Shown here: one piece after another, positions 12,774 to 24,690 of the stretch
How the letters are laid out: every line of letters begins with the position of its first letter
How positions within the stretch are numbered: the first letter of the stretch is position 1
Source of the DNA: Raillietiella orientalis
Lineage: Eukaryota
Reading direction: 5' to 3'
Length of the DNA: 64,000 nt
Assembly: GCA_036172245.1 (NCBI GenBank)
Contig: JAYWIR010000036.1
Coordinates: 2,046,001-2,110,000, forward strand
Translations under genes and position numbers: made by a program
Notes under the pieces: model-generated
Database searches by the model: none
Told to the model about the DNA's origin: nothing
What the model saw: the letters and a program-made list of their open reading frames with translations, nothing else

Positions 12774-15286
12774 AAGAAGTAACAATAATTGGATTCTAAT
12801 GGAAAGAGATGGGCGAATTATCAGTCAGCTGGAAGCTGACTATCATATATGCGGGCCAGCAGACGTTACATAGTTTGAGATATCATCCCTAATTCTTCAG
12901 AAGACGTATGATGAACGGCAGCATCTTCCTTTTTTACTTCGGTTACACTTATCTTGCACTGGAGAAGTCCAAACCACGGAGCAGGGATTTTTCATACATT
13001 TGCTGCTGCAGACTGCAGCTGCTGTAGTCTTCTTGAAAAATCTCTCTGAGCGTAACAAAAAAAACATCATGCCCGTAATCAGCAGATGCATAGAAGCATC
13101 CGAGAGACAGACTCCGTAACATTAAGGCGGTCGGATTAAAGTGTTAAATCCACGAGGGGAGGTTGCGCTTATTGCTCGCAGGGTTGCCAGCATTTTCTTT
13201 GCAGTCAACAGATATTTGAAATCAACTTCTTCAGGAGCATGCACAGTATGAGATAGTAATAATGCTGCAACTCAACACTTCACGGATTGGTTGTGCTTTG
13301 AATACAAGGGTTGCAACAGAAATTCTGGAGATGACTCTCATCTCATAACCCCAATAACGTTTATTTGGAACGAATTACAGTTGTGCATACATTATAAGCC
13401 ACTGCACATAAAATGAATTATAATTCTATTGTGTTAAATGTCAAGGACCTACTCGGACGCGCAGACCAGAATGTCCTCTGGACATGGAATAATGATACAA
13501 GCTCGGCATGAAATCAAACATCAGCCGATTACGTTTGTTCCATCACCTAGTTTCTAAATCTATTTTGATCAAATTGACCGAACATTCGAATCAAGTTCTC
13601 TTGAAATATTTCGGGAATGCAAGATAAAGAATGGTTCTTGTCTTTCTTCTCGTGAAGACGTGTTGCAGACACATTCCAGCAGATGATAAGTTCTTCCACC
13701 TCTATGCCTTCTTCATAACAACTTCTTGGACTACCAATTAAGTCAAAATCTTTACCCATGAGTCAGATGTCGCGGAAAGTCCGATTCTCCTCTCAGGTCC
13801 TCGTTCCAGTTCTCTATTCTTTCCATCTTCTTAATCTGGATCTTTGATACGATTATCACGAACCTCCATCTTCTCGGCCTTCATTCCTGTCCATCTTCAA
13901 ATAGGAAAAGAGTCCCTTCATAACTGATGGATTTGTTAATCTCTGTAGATCTGAAGGTGTCTTCGAAAGATGAGCATAATACAGGGTGCATTAATTGTTC
14001 ATATCCTTCCTTTCTAAATTTGGGCCCATATCACTCGTTTTCATGAGGACACACATGATTTTGGCAACATACCTTTTGGCTCCATTAGGCCGCAGATGCG
14101 TAACTGTACTTCAACGGCAAAAGAACACAAACACAAAAAAAAAACTCCTTTTCAGCAATTCTGGATCTCTACAGGACGAAATGTGATTTTTCTCTTCATT
14201 TACAGAACGCTCGAGTAAAATATTAGAATAATTGCACCTATCATTGCACACAGTACACAGCACTGCTCATAGAAAACTAAGGCACCAAACATTCATAACG
14301 CCTCGGCGTATCAGACTGCAGCAAGCTACTGCTTGTCTGGCAGTGCAGCCATTTGATCCACATCGCCTCCGAATTAGAATTGCTAGTGTAGAATACTGAA
14401 GGAACTTTGGAACATGCTCCTGCTTGCGTGTTCCCCATGTGTTCTTGAAATGAAGTGCCTGAAACGTGTTTCCTGAGATCCGCTTTTGTTCATGATCATT
14501 TTTTGCGAGTAGTAGCCGTCTTGATCGATAATCTGTCATGCCCCTTTGTTGCGTACAGCTTCTTTTTCACCCTTTATGCCCTGCTCATGGACGAACTACC
14601 AATAATGAATACTGCGTTCCTTCTATTTTCCTTGAGGTACGAGGGTTAAATAGAGCATACACTCGTACGTGGTAAGTGAGAAGTATTCAGATAACACATA
14701 CGGACTCCCTAGTCACCATGTAATTCTTACAAGACCTTTTCTACTAGAATCCAGTAAGGAGCACGGCTGTGTTGGTTCCCTTCAGTAAAGGTTTTGGGCA
14801 ACATTCGTAGTCATCTTTCATGTTGAATCACTGCTCACTGTGTCATTGTGATTGTTGCTTGAGATCTTGCATCCTGTATCAGGAAAAAGCTTTCTTCTGG
14901 TCTTTTGCAGAACGGTGCCTCAGCAGTGATGCACAATATATGCGGTCAGGTGTTTTCATTTGCCAAACACTGCGGTTCTAAATAGTGATCCTGATGTCAT
15001 TGTGTTGCATCTACTGAGCAATCGGACCAGAATCGCTAATAAGCGTTGCTCCCACTAATGCTTGTGACTAAGAGGATTCTATCATCTATAAGATGCATCT
15101 TCTTTTTTCATTTTCCTAATGCATCAAATTATTTTTATTTCATAGATTTTTACAATTCTTACATTCTTAAAATGATTCTTTCAATCTTTTCGTTCATCCA
15201 TTGCATTATTAGGAATCCTGTGCACTCTTACTACAGCTCTATGCTTGTCTGAGTCTAACGTAATTTTCTAGTGGTTGATTTTCATG

Positions 15287-15530
15287 TTTAGCCCTGCTTG
15301 TATGTTTGAAATCTTTGGAATTTTCTTGGGGAAATACTTCTCATAGACTCTTTGATGAGACCAGTCTATGTGTGGTTTCATGCCTACAGATACCTTCTAT
15401 GTAATGTGAAATTACTGAAATATAGGAAGCAATTCATGAGATCGTACACATACTGGTCACATCAAAGAGTCTAAGAGAAGTATTGCCCCAAGAAAATTCC
15501 AAAGATCCCCAACATACAAGCGAGACTAAA
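15287..15530. repeat. Imperfect ~95-bp inverted repeat (MITE-like or hairpin RNA)
   Basis: 15287-15382 (..gcttgtatgtttgaaatctttggaattttcttggggaaatacttctcatagactctttgatgagaccagt..) is the near reverse complement of 15435-15530; ~52-nt loop. Confidence 0.9.
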
Positions 15531-16665
15531 AATTAAAAATTACAGAAAACGAAAATGTGGTCATGCTTTTTTTTTTTTCCTTTACTTACCGTATTACTAT
15601 GAATTTCTGTTGACAAACTGAGCAATTTTATTTCTGCATTTATTCTTGAATAGAATACGCTGATCTAGAGAATCTCTATCAGTTTTTAGATTTGAAATTC
15701 ATTTGGAGTCAATATATGCATTTGTTCTTTTTCTTTATGTATTTATTTTTCTGTAATCACTGCGGACTGATATAGCGGGCATTTCCGGATCTGTTCTTAC
15801 GAATAATGATCAGTATCCCAAGTATGTACAAAAGTTAAAACGTTATTCAAGAAACTCTAAAAATGACCAATTATTTTGTAATGTATATGTCTTCATCGGC
15901 ACTAACCTAGTTCAAAACAGAATGTATCATTGCTCACATGTTTGTTATCCAGAAATATTTGAATATGGAACAGAGTGAGACATAAATTCAACCTAGAACA
16001 AATTCCAAAAATCAAGAATTTGGAAAACTTGTTTGTTTTTGAAGTAGTGCTTTTGAATTTATGCAATTTATGTCTTTCGAATCAGGTTTTGTTGTAGTCT
16101 ACAGTGCTTCAGAACATTCTAAGGCTGCATTTTTTTCATACTTTTTTTGTAATTTTTATTTATGTATTATATTGTTTGATTTATCAGTAAGTCACCACAA
16201 GAAAGCTTTTATTATATTATAAACATTGTGTATAAAAATCATTTTTTTTCTCTAAACTAAATTTTTTAACGAGAAGTTCAGTTAATTTACTGTCTCACAG
16301 AAGTGAACAGTACAATGGAAATCGAATAACAATCAGAGATAAAATCTACCATGATTTTCACGAAGAGCATATTTATGGATCGAATTTAATAAATTTACAT
16401 CAATATAGATGTGCATTATTTTCGTCTTGTGTTTGTCTGTATTTATGATTAGTTATTTTTGGTTTTTATTTTAGTGGAATCAATGAATGGTATGGTCGAA
16501 ATCGGAAAATCACGTGTGCAGAAGACAATCTGGTGGTAACCATGTTTTGACTGTTTTGTGTATGCTTCATGCTGGTGAGCATTGAAGGTAATCTACTGCC
16601 TGTATTATGCAAAACAGTAATTTGTTTCCTTGAAGTTGATCCCTGTTAGATAATGTGACCTTCCG

Positions 16666-18518
16666 ATGGCACAATATTTTAGTGGCGTACTTCAGTTAAC
16701 TGATCTTGATGATTTTATTACACCGTCCCAGGTATATGCATTTTCCCATGTTTAAACCGGATACAGCCAATACCTTCTAAACACCTAAATTCTTTCCTCC
16801 AAATACAAAAATAAACATTGAGATTATTGCTAATCCACTGCATAATGATTAATAGGAGTGTATTAAACCGGTCAAAATTACAAAAGAAAAGGAGCAAGGA
16901 AAGGGGAAAATTCAAGTGGAAGAAGATGGTAGCTATCATTATGTGGAGGAGGATGGGTCCCATTCAGTTTTAAAAGGAGTAAAAATTAGCTTAAATGATT
17001 GCCTGGCCTGCAGTGGTTGTATAACTTCCGCTGAAAGCGTTCTGATTTCACAGCAGAATCATGAGAAATTTCTGCATGTAATGGAAAACAGAAAATCAAA
17101 TGAACATGTAAATATTTTCTTCCTTTATTTGTATGTCGATTTTTTCATTTGAATTGATGAGCTGAACTGCTGTATTGCGTTTTCCTATGTAGAGCACTGG
17201 AATTTCAGAAGTAGTTATTTCCATTTCAATGCAGTCCTGTTTATCATTAGCACAAAGATACCAAATTCCTGGTGATCACGTCATCTTTCATCTAGCAGGT
17301 TGCGTGTGTGGCATATTGTTAGCAGCATGATCTTCTTGTAGGCATGTTCAAGAAGCTTGGAGCTACTTATGTCTTTGACATATCCACTGCTGAAGATCTG
17401 GCTTTATTAGCATTACAAGAAGAGTTCTTGATGAGACTTCAAGAGCCAGCTGATAGTTGCACCTTGCCTTTGTTGTGTTCTGCCTGTCCAGGTAGCTGCC
17501 AATTAATAATGTATTTGGATCACAGCAAGTTATGTAAGGTTGGATCTGTTATGCTGAGAAAACACATAGTTTTTTGCTGTCTAATATCAGTACTACCAAA
17601 TCTGCTCAGCAGATAATGGGTAGTCTCGTTAAAGTGCATCTTGCTGCACAATTGAACCTGAAATCATGTGACATCTACCATGTGACAGTGATGCCATGCT
17701 TTGACAAGAAACTGGAAGCATCTCGATCAGATTTTTTGGATCAAGAACACAATCCAGATGTGGATTGTGTGATCACTTCAGGTTTGTTCTGAAAATTACT
17801 ATTGGCCATATGGTTTGCTCAGTGGAAATTGAAATGATGCTGCAGCAGCTAGGATGGAATCTTGCTGATTTGCCTCCTTGTAAACTGGACCTCCCTTATG
17901 GATGTCAGTTAGATGTTGTACCAACTCATGATGGCTCAGGATCAGGTGGATTCTTAGAATGTGTAAGTCGTCATGCTGCTTTGCATCTTTGGGGTCAAAA
18001 ATTGCAGGATATTCACTATGAAATAGGCAGGTAGGAATCAAAATACGTCAGGAACCTGGTTAACAAACTCATAGAAATGCAGATCTTCAGGAAGTGACAT
18101 TGAGCCATGAGGGAAAGATCCTGAATTTTGCTCGCATCAATGGATTTCGTAACATACAGAATATGGTGCAGAAAATAAAAAGAAAGAAGTGCTCATATGA
18201 CTTTGTGGAAGTGATGGCTTGCCCATCAGGTACCATACTGAATGGCACAAACTTTTGGGATAGCACATGTCTGATCTCTTTTCAGGATGTTTGAATGGGG
18301 GTGCTCAGATACGTCCTACCAACATTGCTGAAGCCAAAGAAGTCCTGCAGAGTGTATTGTTGACTCACAAAGCTTTACCAAAACTGCAACCTGAAGATAA
18401 TGTGTTGGCTATAAATTTATGGACAGGGTTTTTTCAAGAAGCTAGTAACAAAAAACTGTTATATACCAAGTATCATGCTATACCAAAGATGGAAACTCTA
18501 ACTACCTTGAAGTGGTGA
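16666..18518 (+). CDS. CIAO3: Cytosolic Fe-S cluster assembly factor NARFL/CIAO3 (Nar1, iron-only hydrogenase-like), 8 exons
   Basis: Exons 16666-16731, 16856-17107, 17193-17298, 17342-17491, 17539-17781, 17823-18030, 18075-18229, 18286-18518, all GT-AG and in phase. Motifs [91 protein letters not shown]; ends LKW*. Confidence 0.96.
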
Positions 18519-18569
18519 TAATGAATTTAATCTTACAAACAAAAAGTTATTTTTACAAAGTAAAGTCTT

Positions 18570-21325
18570 CCAAGAGCTCTTCTCCTTCTGGTCAACGTAG
18601 GTTGACATTGATCTTGTCTTCTGTTTGCAATTGCAAGTTGAATTCGAGAATCTACTAAGGTCTGAATTAGATTGGGATTGATTTAGTCAGTTTTGCAATC
18701 AGTGAACATTTTTTGGTGAACCTTCAGCAATGCTGCTATATGCATTTTTTGGTGTCTGATTTGAATACTTGGATGATGATGATTGCATCTTTAGGAAATA
18801 CGTATAATAAACTAGGATGTAAAGCACAAAACGTGTAATTTTTTATCTAATTTCTAGTTTATTCAAGTTCAGGAAAAAAGGAATGTCAGTTGATCATCAT
18901 CACCATCGTCAGCACTGCTGAGTGCTAGACGTGGGGTCAAGTTAAATCCCTCAAGATGTCAGGGTCCATTTGTTGCTTTGCCTTGCAGCACTTACTGTGT
19001 AATTGAGCCAAAGCTATTGCCATATATTGGTAGCATGTGTTTTTTTGGTTTTGAGATCCCTGATGGAAATTTTCATCTTAGAAGCCATTTGATTGCAAAA
19101 AATACTGTTTTCTTGTTTCTAACAGTATTTTAACGATGGTTTGCACTTGTAACATAAAGCTACCATTGGATTTGTTTAAGTGCTTGGTTTGCTCATTCAG
19201 ACTGAATGTATGCATTGGATTTTCAGAACATGGGTAGTCCAATTATGCAATCCAATTTTTAGTTTTTTTTTGCGTAAGTCTTGCGTGGATGCAAGGCTGT
19301 AATTATTTTTTTTTAAGGAAATTTTGTTGGAACACTCCCTCCTCTTGCTTTTCAGTCAGAGAACCTTATAAATGTATCGCGAAGTTTGCTCTGCATGTAG
19401 AAGGCTTACTCAGCATGGTAGGATTTTTCATTGTTTTAAGACAGATTTATTATTCTTTGTACTGGTTTGTTAACTTGAGTAAGGGCTAATGTTTCCAAAA
19501 GTTGGTTTACCTCTTATTCTTAAAATCAGTTTGCAGATGCTACATTTTAATGACTCTGTGTTCAATTTTTTGATTCCGCATTTCATGAGGTTGTGTTACA
19601 ACTAGCAATAGTGCATGGTGGTAATTCTTTCATTGGATAAAGGAATCCTTAGTATTTGTGTTTATAATTTGATTTCATACTAATGCATGAAACTTATCTA
19701 CATTATTTGCATTGATAACACTTACAGGTTACATAAACCATGACTTCTCTTGGGATAAGAGATTTAAGCATTTGTGGCTTTCCTATGTTTGTATTTTTGC
19801 GTTTACTATCAACATATAGGATCATGGAACCCACGGAATTTACCTTAAGCAGTCCTTTGATTTTATTCCAATTTACCCTTAATAAGTTTTGTATTCTATT
19901 TATCAAACACACTATAAAACACGCAAGATGCTCCCAATCTGACGGCAATCATTTTTTTATGCCAGGAATGCCAAGCTCCCGTTGGTCAATGCTCAAATTC
20001 TCTTAATTAAGTACACTTTCTTTCCGATTAAACATTGCAAGTGGAGCAAAGTCGTACGACAGTCTACACTTTTATGCAACGGCAAACTCATTTATGCATA
20101 CTTGCGAATTAAGGCATTGTGTCCAAGTGACTTCCTACTCATCACAATTTTCAAATCAATCTTACTTCAGAGTGAAGAGCCCTAAGACGGCTGCGCGCCT
20201 TTGAAGCTCTCATTTGTTACCGTTACATTCTTCGAAGAGCATGCTGAAAAAACAAGTGTGCCCCAAGCTTCATGAATTGACCGGAAATATTGGTTCTCAG
20301 GTGTATCATCTCTTGGTGAAAATGAATTTATTCAGCATCTGAACTTGATTGTGTCTCCATTCAATTTCACTGATGGAAGCTGTGTTCAAGACTAATTTGA
20401 ACTGATTGAACTTGCTCTGAATACTCTTCTTGAACAGTTGTCATTCAAATTTCTGACAATAATTTTCAAGAACCTGAGACACTTAGTGAACTGAGTATAG
20501 TAGTTCTATTCATTGCTATATAAATATGCAGATGAGACCCAATTTTGCTTCTCTCCAAAGCCAAATTGAAAGTACGTGAGTCAAAACTCAACGGAAGAGG
20601 GAAATTAATCATAATATACACCATCGTGACCCAAATCACTCCAGGTACATCTTCCTTCTGAACCGGTCCCAGTCGTAAGAGAACCTGCTGTAGGTTCCCA
20701 TATTTCAAAAGCCTGGAAGCTTTGCATTTGATTCTATAGTCCATTTGGATAAGCAGAAAAATGAGGCGTAGTTGATGAGTAATAAAACTAGGGATCACCG
20801 TAATCTAAGCCTTAAAGAAAAACTCCACGCAGTCATCCATTTATTACTGAATTGGAACTATTAGATACGGATATAAACAAAAGTTTCACCAATTAAACAA
20901 TTTGTACTCTTCTGAGAGTGCAAATAGGATGCAGACAAAAATGTGCAATCAAGACACTGCTATGCATTTCAAGGGCAATATAGTTTTCGACACACTAATG
21001 AGTGAATTACACCTACAGATCATAAATTTAGGGATAATTTATAAATATCCGACAGATAATAACTTATAATCAGTTTATCAAAATGAATTAAAGAATGACA
21101 GTTTAAAATGTGAAAGTAGGTCACCGAATTTGAGGTGGAAATGAGGCCACGAGTCGAATTTGGACGCCGTGACCAAGAGATGGTGATGTCCCGTACATCT
21201 CGAACTGAAACCATGGCGCTTGTAGTTGGCAACTTCGTGGAAACCAAAACAGGATCTTAAAAGCAAATTTCTATACGGTTAGGGGCCATTAAGAAAAGGG
21301 CATTACCGAAGAAACGTGTTGCCAT
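18570..21325 (-). other. Possible multi-exon orphan gene or decayed gene convergent with CIAO3 (model unresolved)
   Basis: Phase-compatible short exons can be chained near 20.6-21.3 kb (MATRFF|DPVLVSTKLPTT..NS|CVENYIALEM..RR|FQFSNKWM..), and a plausible last exon ..RRRRELLEDFTL* lies near 18570; the middle has no clean frame and no family is recognised. Confidence 0.25.
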
Positions 21326-24258
21326 TCTTCCGAGATTTAAGAAGCACTAGGGAGCCACTCTGTCGTGCTTGGAAGCAAAGAGGAGCCGGAACTTGGCAGT
21401 TCAGGATGCCCTGAGAAGTGAGCGGTCCCGGAATTCGATAGGTTTGCCTTCATCCACATATTCTTTGGCTTTGCTCCCCTTCTCATCTAGAGAGATTGTT
21501 GATTTTCTTCATTCTTCTACGAGAAAAAATGTCTAAACTCTTGCCGATGGACGAGTATCGACGGGACAGACACTTTGCAGGGTGGCTGAGCAGGACCCCA
21601 TCAAAATCTAGAACTGATGGGGGAGAGGAAGGCATCTCTTTCGAGAAAGCACCCTAAGGAGATATAATGCCTTCTTCCGGAAGCTATTTGAGTTTAGAAA
21701 TGTGAGGTCACCGTAGCACAATGAGATGTCTCTGCACCGTTCCTTCCACTACGGATCCTCGACTGCAGCACCGTAGACGCAAATTAAACGGAATGCTTGC
21801 GCCAGCGGCCATCGTACTCATTCCGTCTACGAACGCTCGGGCTCCGAGTCGGTAGCAGCCGACCAGTACAACCAGAGCTATCGTGCACGGGCGACAGCAG
21901 AAGGCTGCAGGCAGGAAGAAACAGACAGAGACTGGATATGTGAGAGGATTCCAGTGCATGTTCCCCCACCAGAGGAAAACAGCGGTGAGGAAGTGGACGG
22001 AACACAAGGACACGAACGTGAGACTTCCTAGCGACATCTACGCTGTCGAAGGCCTACCTGCTCAAGGGCAAGCAGTTGACTGCCCGGCAGCCTCCGGGAC
22101 CTAGAGAGGAGGACCAGAAAACGGGCTGCGCGCCGCTGCTGCCCTCACGGGAGGTCCTCCATTGCGGAGGGCGCGTGCAGCTGAGTCCACGGGTGTCCCG
22201 GGCAGCGAGGACCCGCCTACGGAGATCCCCAGATCGGACGGTCCGCGTTCATTCCTGCGCCAAACGCCACGATCCTGGACATCTGCGGGTTGTTGACCTG
22301 GACGCCGGAACCCCAGAGGGTGACCTCGAAGGGTCTCTCGAGTGCAGTCGCCGAGGTCCGCATCGGCGGCTGCAGGAGCGAAAGGGTCGTCATCGCAGGG
22401 CGCCGCCGCCATCGAAGTTGGGTGGAACCCGGACGGAGAGCGGTGACTCGCGTTCGACCACAGGTCGAAGAGTTTGCCAGAGGGCACGGGGCTCAAGTAC
22501 CTCCCCTGGCGCGTCCCCCGCCTGACCTCCATGCCTCCGGCGAGCATCCTGCTGGGAGGGTGGAGATTTCCGCAACGCACCGCGCCGACTGTAGCACCCC
22601 TGGAGGCCGAGGGATGTCGCCGGACCGTTGCGGCGTCTTCAGCGAGACGGGCGTGGCCGGCGACCTTCTGCAGATCGACTGCGACTGCCACTGGCCTTCC
22701 CTGGGTGGAACCCTGCGAGGGTCCCGTGTGCAGCACGCTCTTCGCGAAAGCGGCCATGACGCCTCCCTCCTGCAGTCTGCTCCAGGTGCGGTCGCGGGGC
22801 TGACCGTCCTTTCTTCCCCTCTCGGGGTCCTTCGGGACTCCGCCGCCGGTCCGATTCGTGCGCCTCGGAGCGGCGATTGTCCTGGCGACCTTCCTGGGTC
22901 GGCCAAGCTGGTCTGGGGGAGGCCCGTCTCCTGGACCAGAGCCGCCAGCTTGGGCTCCAGGAATGCCAGCTCTGCCTCAAAAAGGGCTGCGGAGTCCTTC
23001 TCTCCGTGGGGGCACTCCGTCTGCGCCTGGAACGGTTCCTCTCATCCGGTTACCGAGTTGGCGTCGGGGGACCCTGCAAGCCCACCGGCGGTCTCTCCGG
23101 TCGGAATGCCCGCGTCCCCTCGAAGCGCCGCGTGGCGGCGGCTCTCGTCCAGGAGGGAAAGGGAGGGTCTTCCCATCCGTGCACCACTCTGGCTTGGCGA
23201 GGGGACAAAGCGCCTGCCGGTCTCCCCGCACCGCGCTGCTGCCGCCACTAGGAAGCGCAGCGGCATCGAAGCAGCGCGTTTCCCCGCCATGCGCAGCCGG
23301 GGCGCGCGCGCACCTTCGGCTTCCGACGAGGAAGACCGTCCTGTCTGGGCGCAGCTCTCCCTGAAGCCTTTGCATGGGGGACTGTCGCCGATTCTCCATC
23401 TGGGAACGCACCCTCACTTCAAGGAAGAGCACACTTCTCCTGGAAGGGACCACAACCGCGGTAGGAAGAGCCGCAAACCATCTCAGAAAAACCGCCGACC
23501 CACGTTGCCGCGGTCCCCCCGCCGGTGCGCGTTATTTTTTCTCGAGGAGACGAGCCAGAGACCCCAGCAAGGAGAAGGGAAGGGAGAGGGGCGCGACCCG
23601 TCCAAGGCCGGGACCATCCATGGCGGCAAGGGAGCGGCAGGGCGCTTGTCTGCCACGTAGGTGCACCCTGAAAAAGGTCGCCGTGCAACGAGGGTACGGA
23701 GATGTCAGCCTCCGTCCGGCCACTGGAGGGCTCGTGGGATACCGCTCTTCCCACATGACCTTGGCACGAGGTGGATGAAACGGGCTGCATTGGCACACGG
23801 AATGGAAGCCCTGCTGGAAGGTCTGTCCCGGTTCCTGAAACCGTCTCCAGAATGCCACAGACGCGCAAGAACAGCAGCCCTTGCGGGGGATCCAAGGTCA
23901 TGTCAGAAGGCGTCTCGAGCTGCCTTCCACCACGAGTCCCTGTCGTGGGATGCGGTCGCGCGGGACGCACGCATGCCTCTAGGGCTTCTGTCCAGAAGAC
24001 GTTTCAGCTTCCTTCCAAGGGCGTCCCTGATGAAGGTGCGCCCGCTGCGATGTTGCTTCGTGGTTGGTTGCGATGACCTTGACCTGGAAGCCATCTCGGT
24101 GCGTGCTTGCGTGTTCCCGTGGAGCTTCCTGGCACAGGACGGTCTTCCGCGATCGGAAGCCGAGGATGCGCGCGTGCCCCCGGCTGGCTCAGCGCAGACG
24201 CGAAGTGTGTTGTGGGGAGACCGGCAGGCGACCGCTCCTCAGAATTTTGCCATGGGAG

Positions 24259-24282
24259 TGTCCGTGGGATATCCCACGGACA
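24259..24282. repeat. Perfect 24-bp palindrome
   Basis: tgtccgtgggat|atcccacggaca; gagtgtcc (24256) can alternatively pair with ggacactc (24288). Confidence 0.95.
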
Positions 24283-24690
24283 TGGTGGGACACTCGAACA
24301 GCGTTCTGCCGGTATTTCCTAACGTTCCTTCTAGGGCCATTCTGCTTCTGTTTCCAAGCGGTGGTCTCCGATGATGGCTTCTGGCATTCTGGCAGCGTTG
24401 TCCATTGATGATGCTTTCTGATGGCAGGCGGCGGTACTCCTGAGTGGTATCCTGGTATCGAGATGCGCGTGGGTGGTGTCTCACTGGTGCGCTGCCGTGG
24501 TACTCCCCTCATGCAAGCTGTGGTCGCTGCAGCGCGTCTCTGGAGACCTGCAGCGACACCCGCAAGCAACACCCCAGCGGCTCCCGTTCTAGTGCCGCTT
24601 CTGCCCAGGTCAGCGCCTCCCTTCGTAGACTTCCCCGGGTTCGTTTTGACTATGCACTTTTTTTTTTAATCTCCTGGCTGATCCCCTTGT

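Noticed and set aside
21078..21325. MATRF start and His-rich frame reminiscent of ribosomal protein L27a
   Set aside because: No [22 protein letters not shown] motif in any frame.
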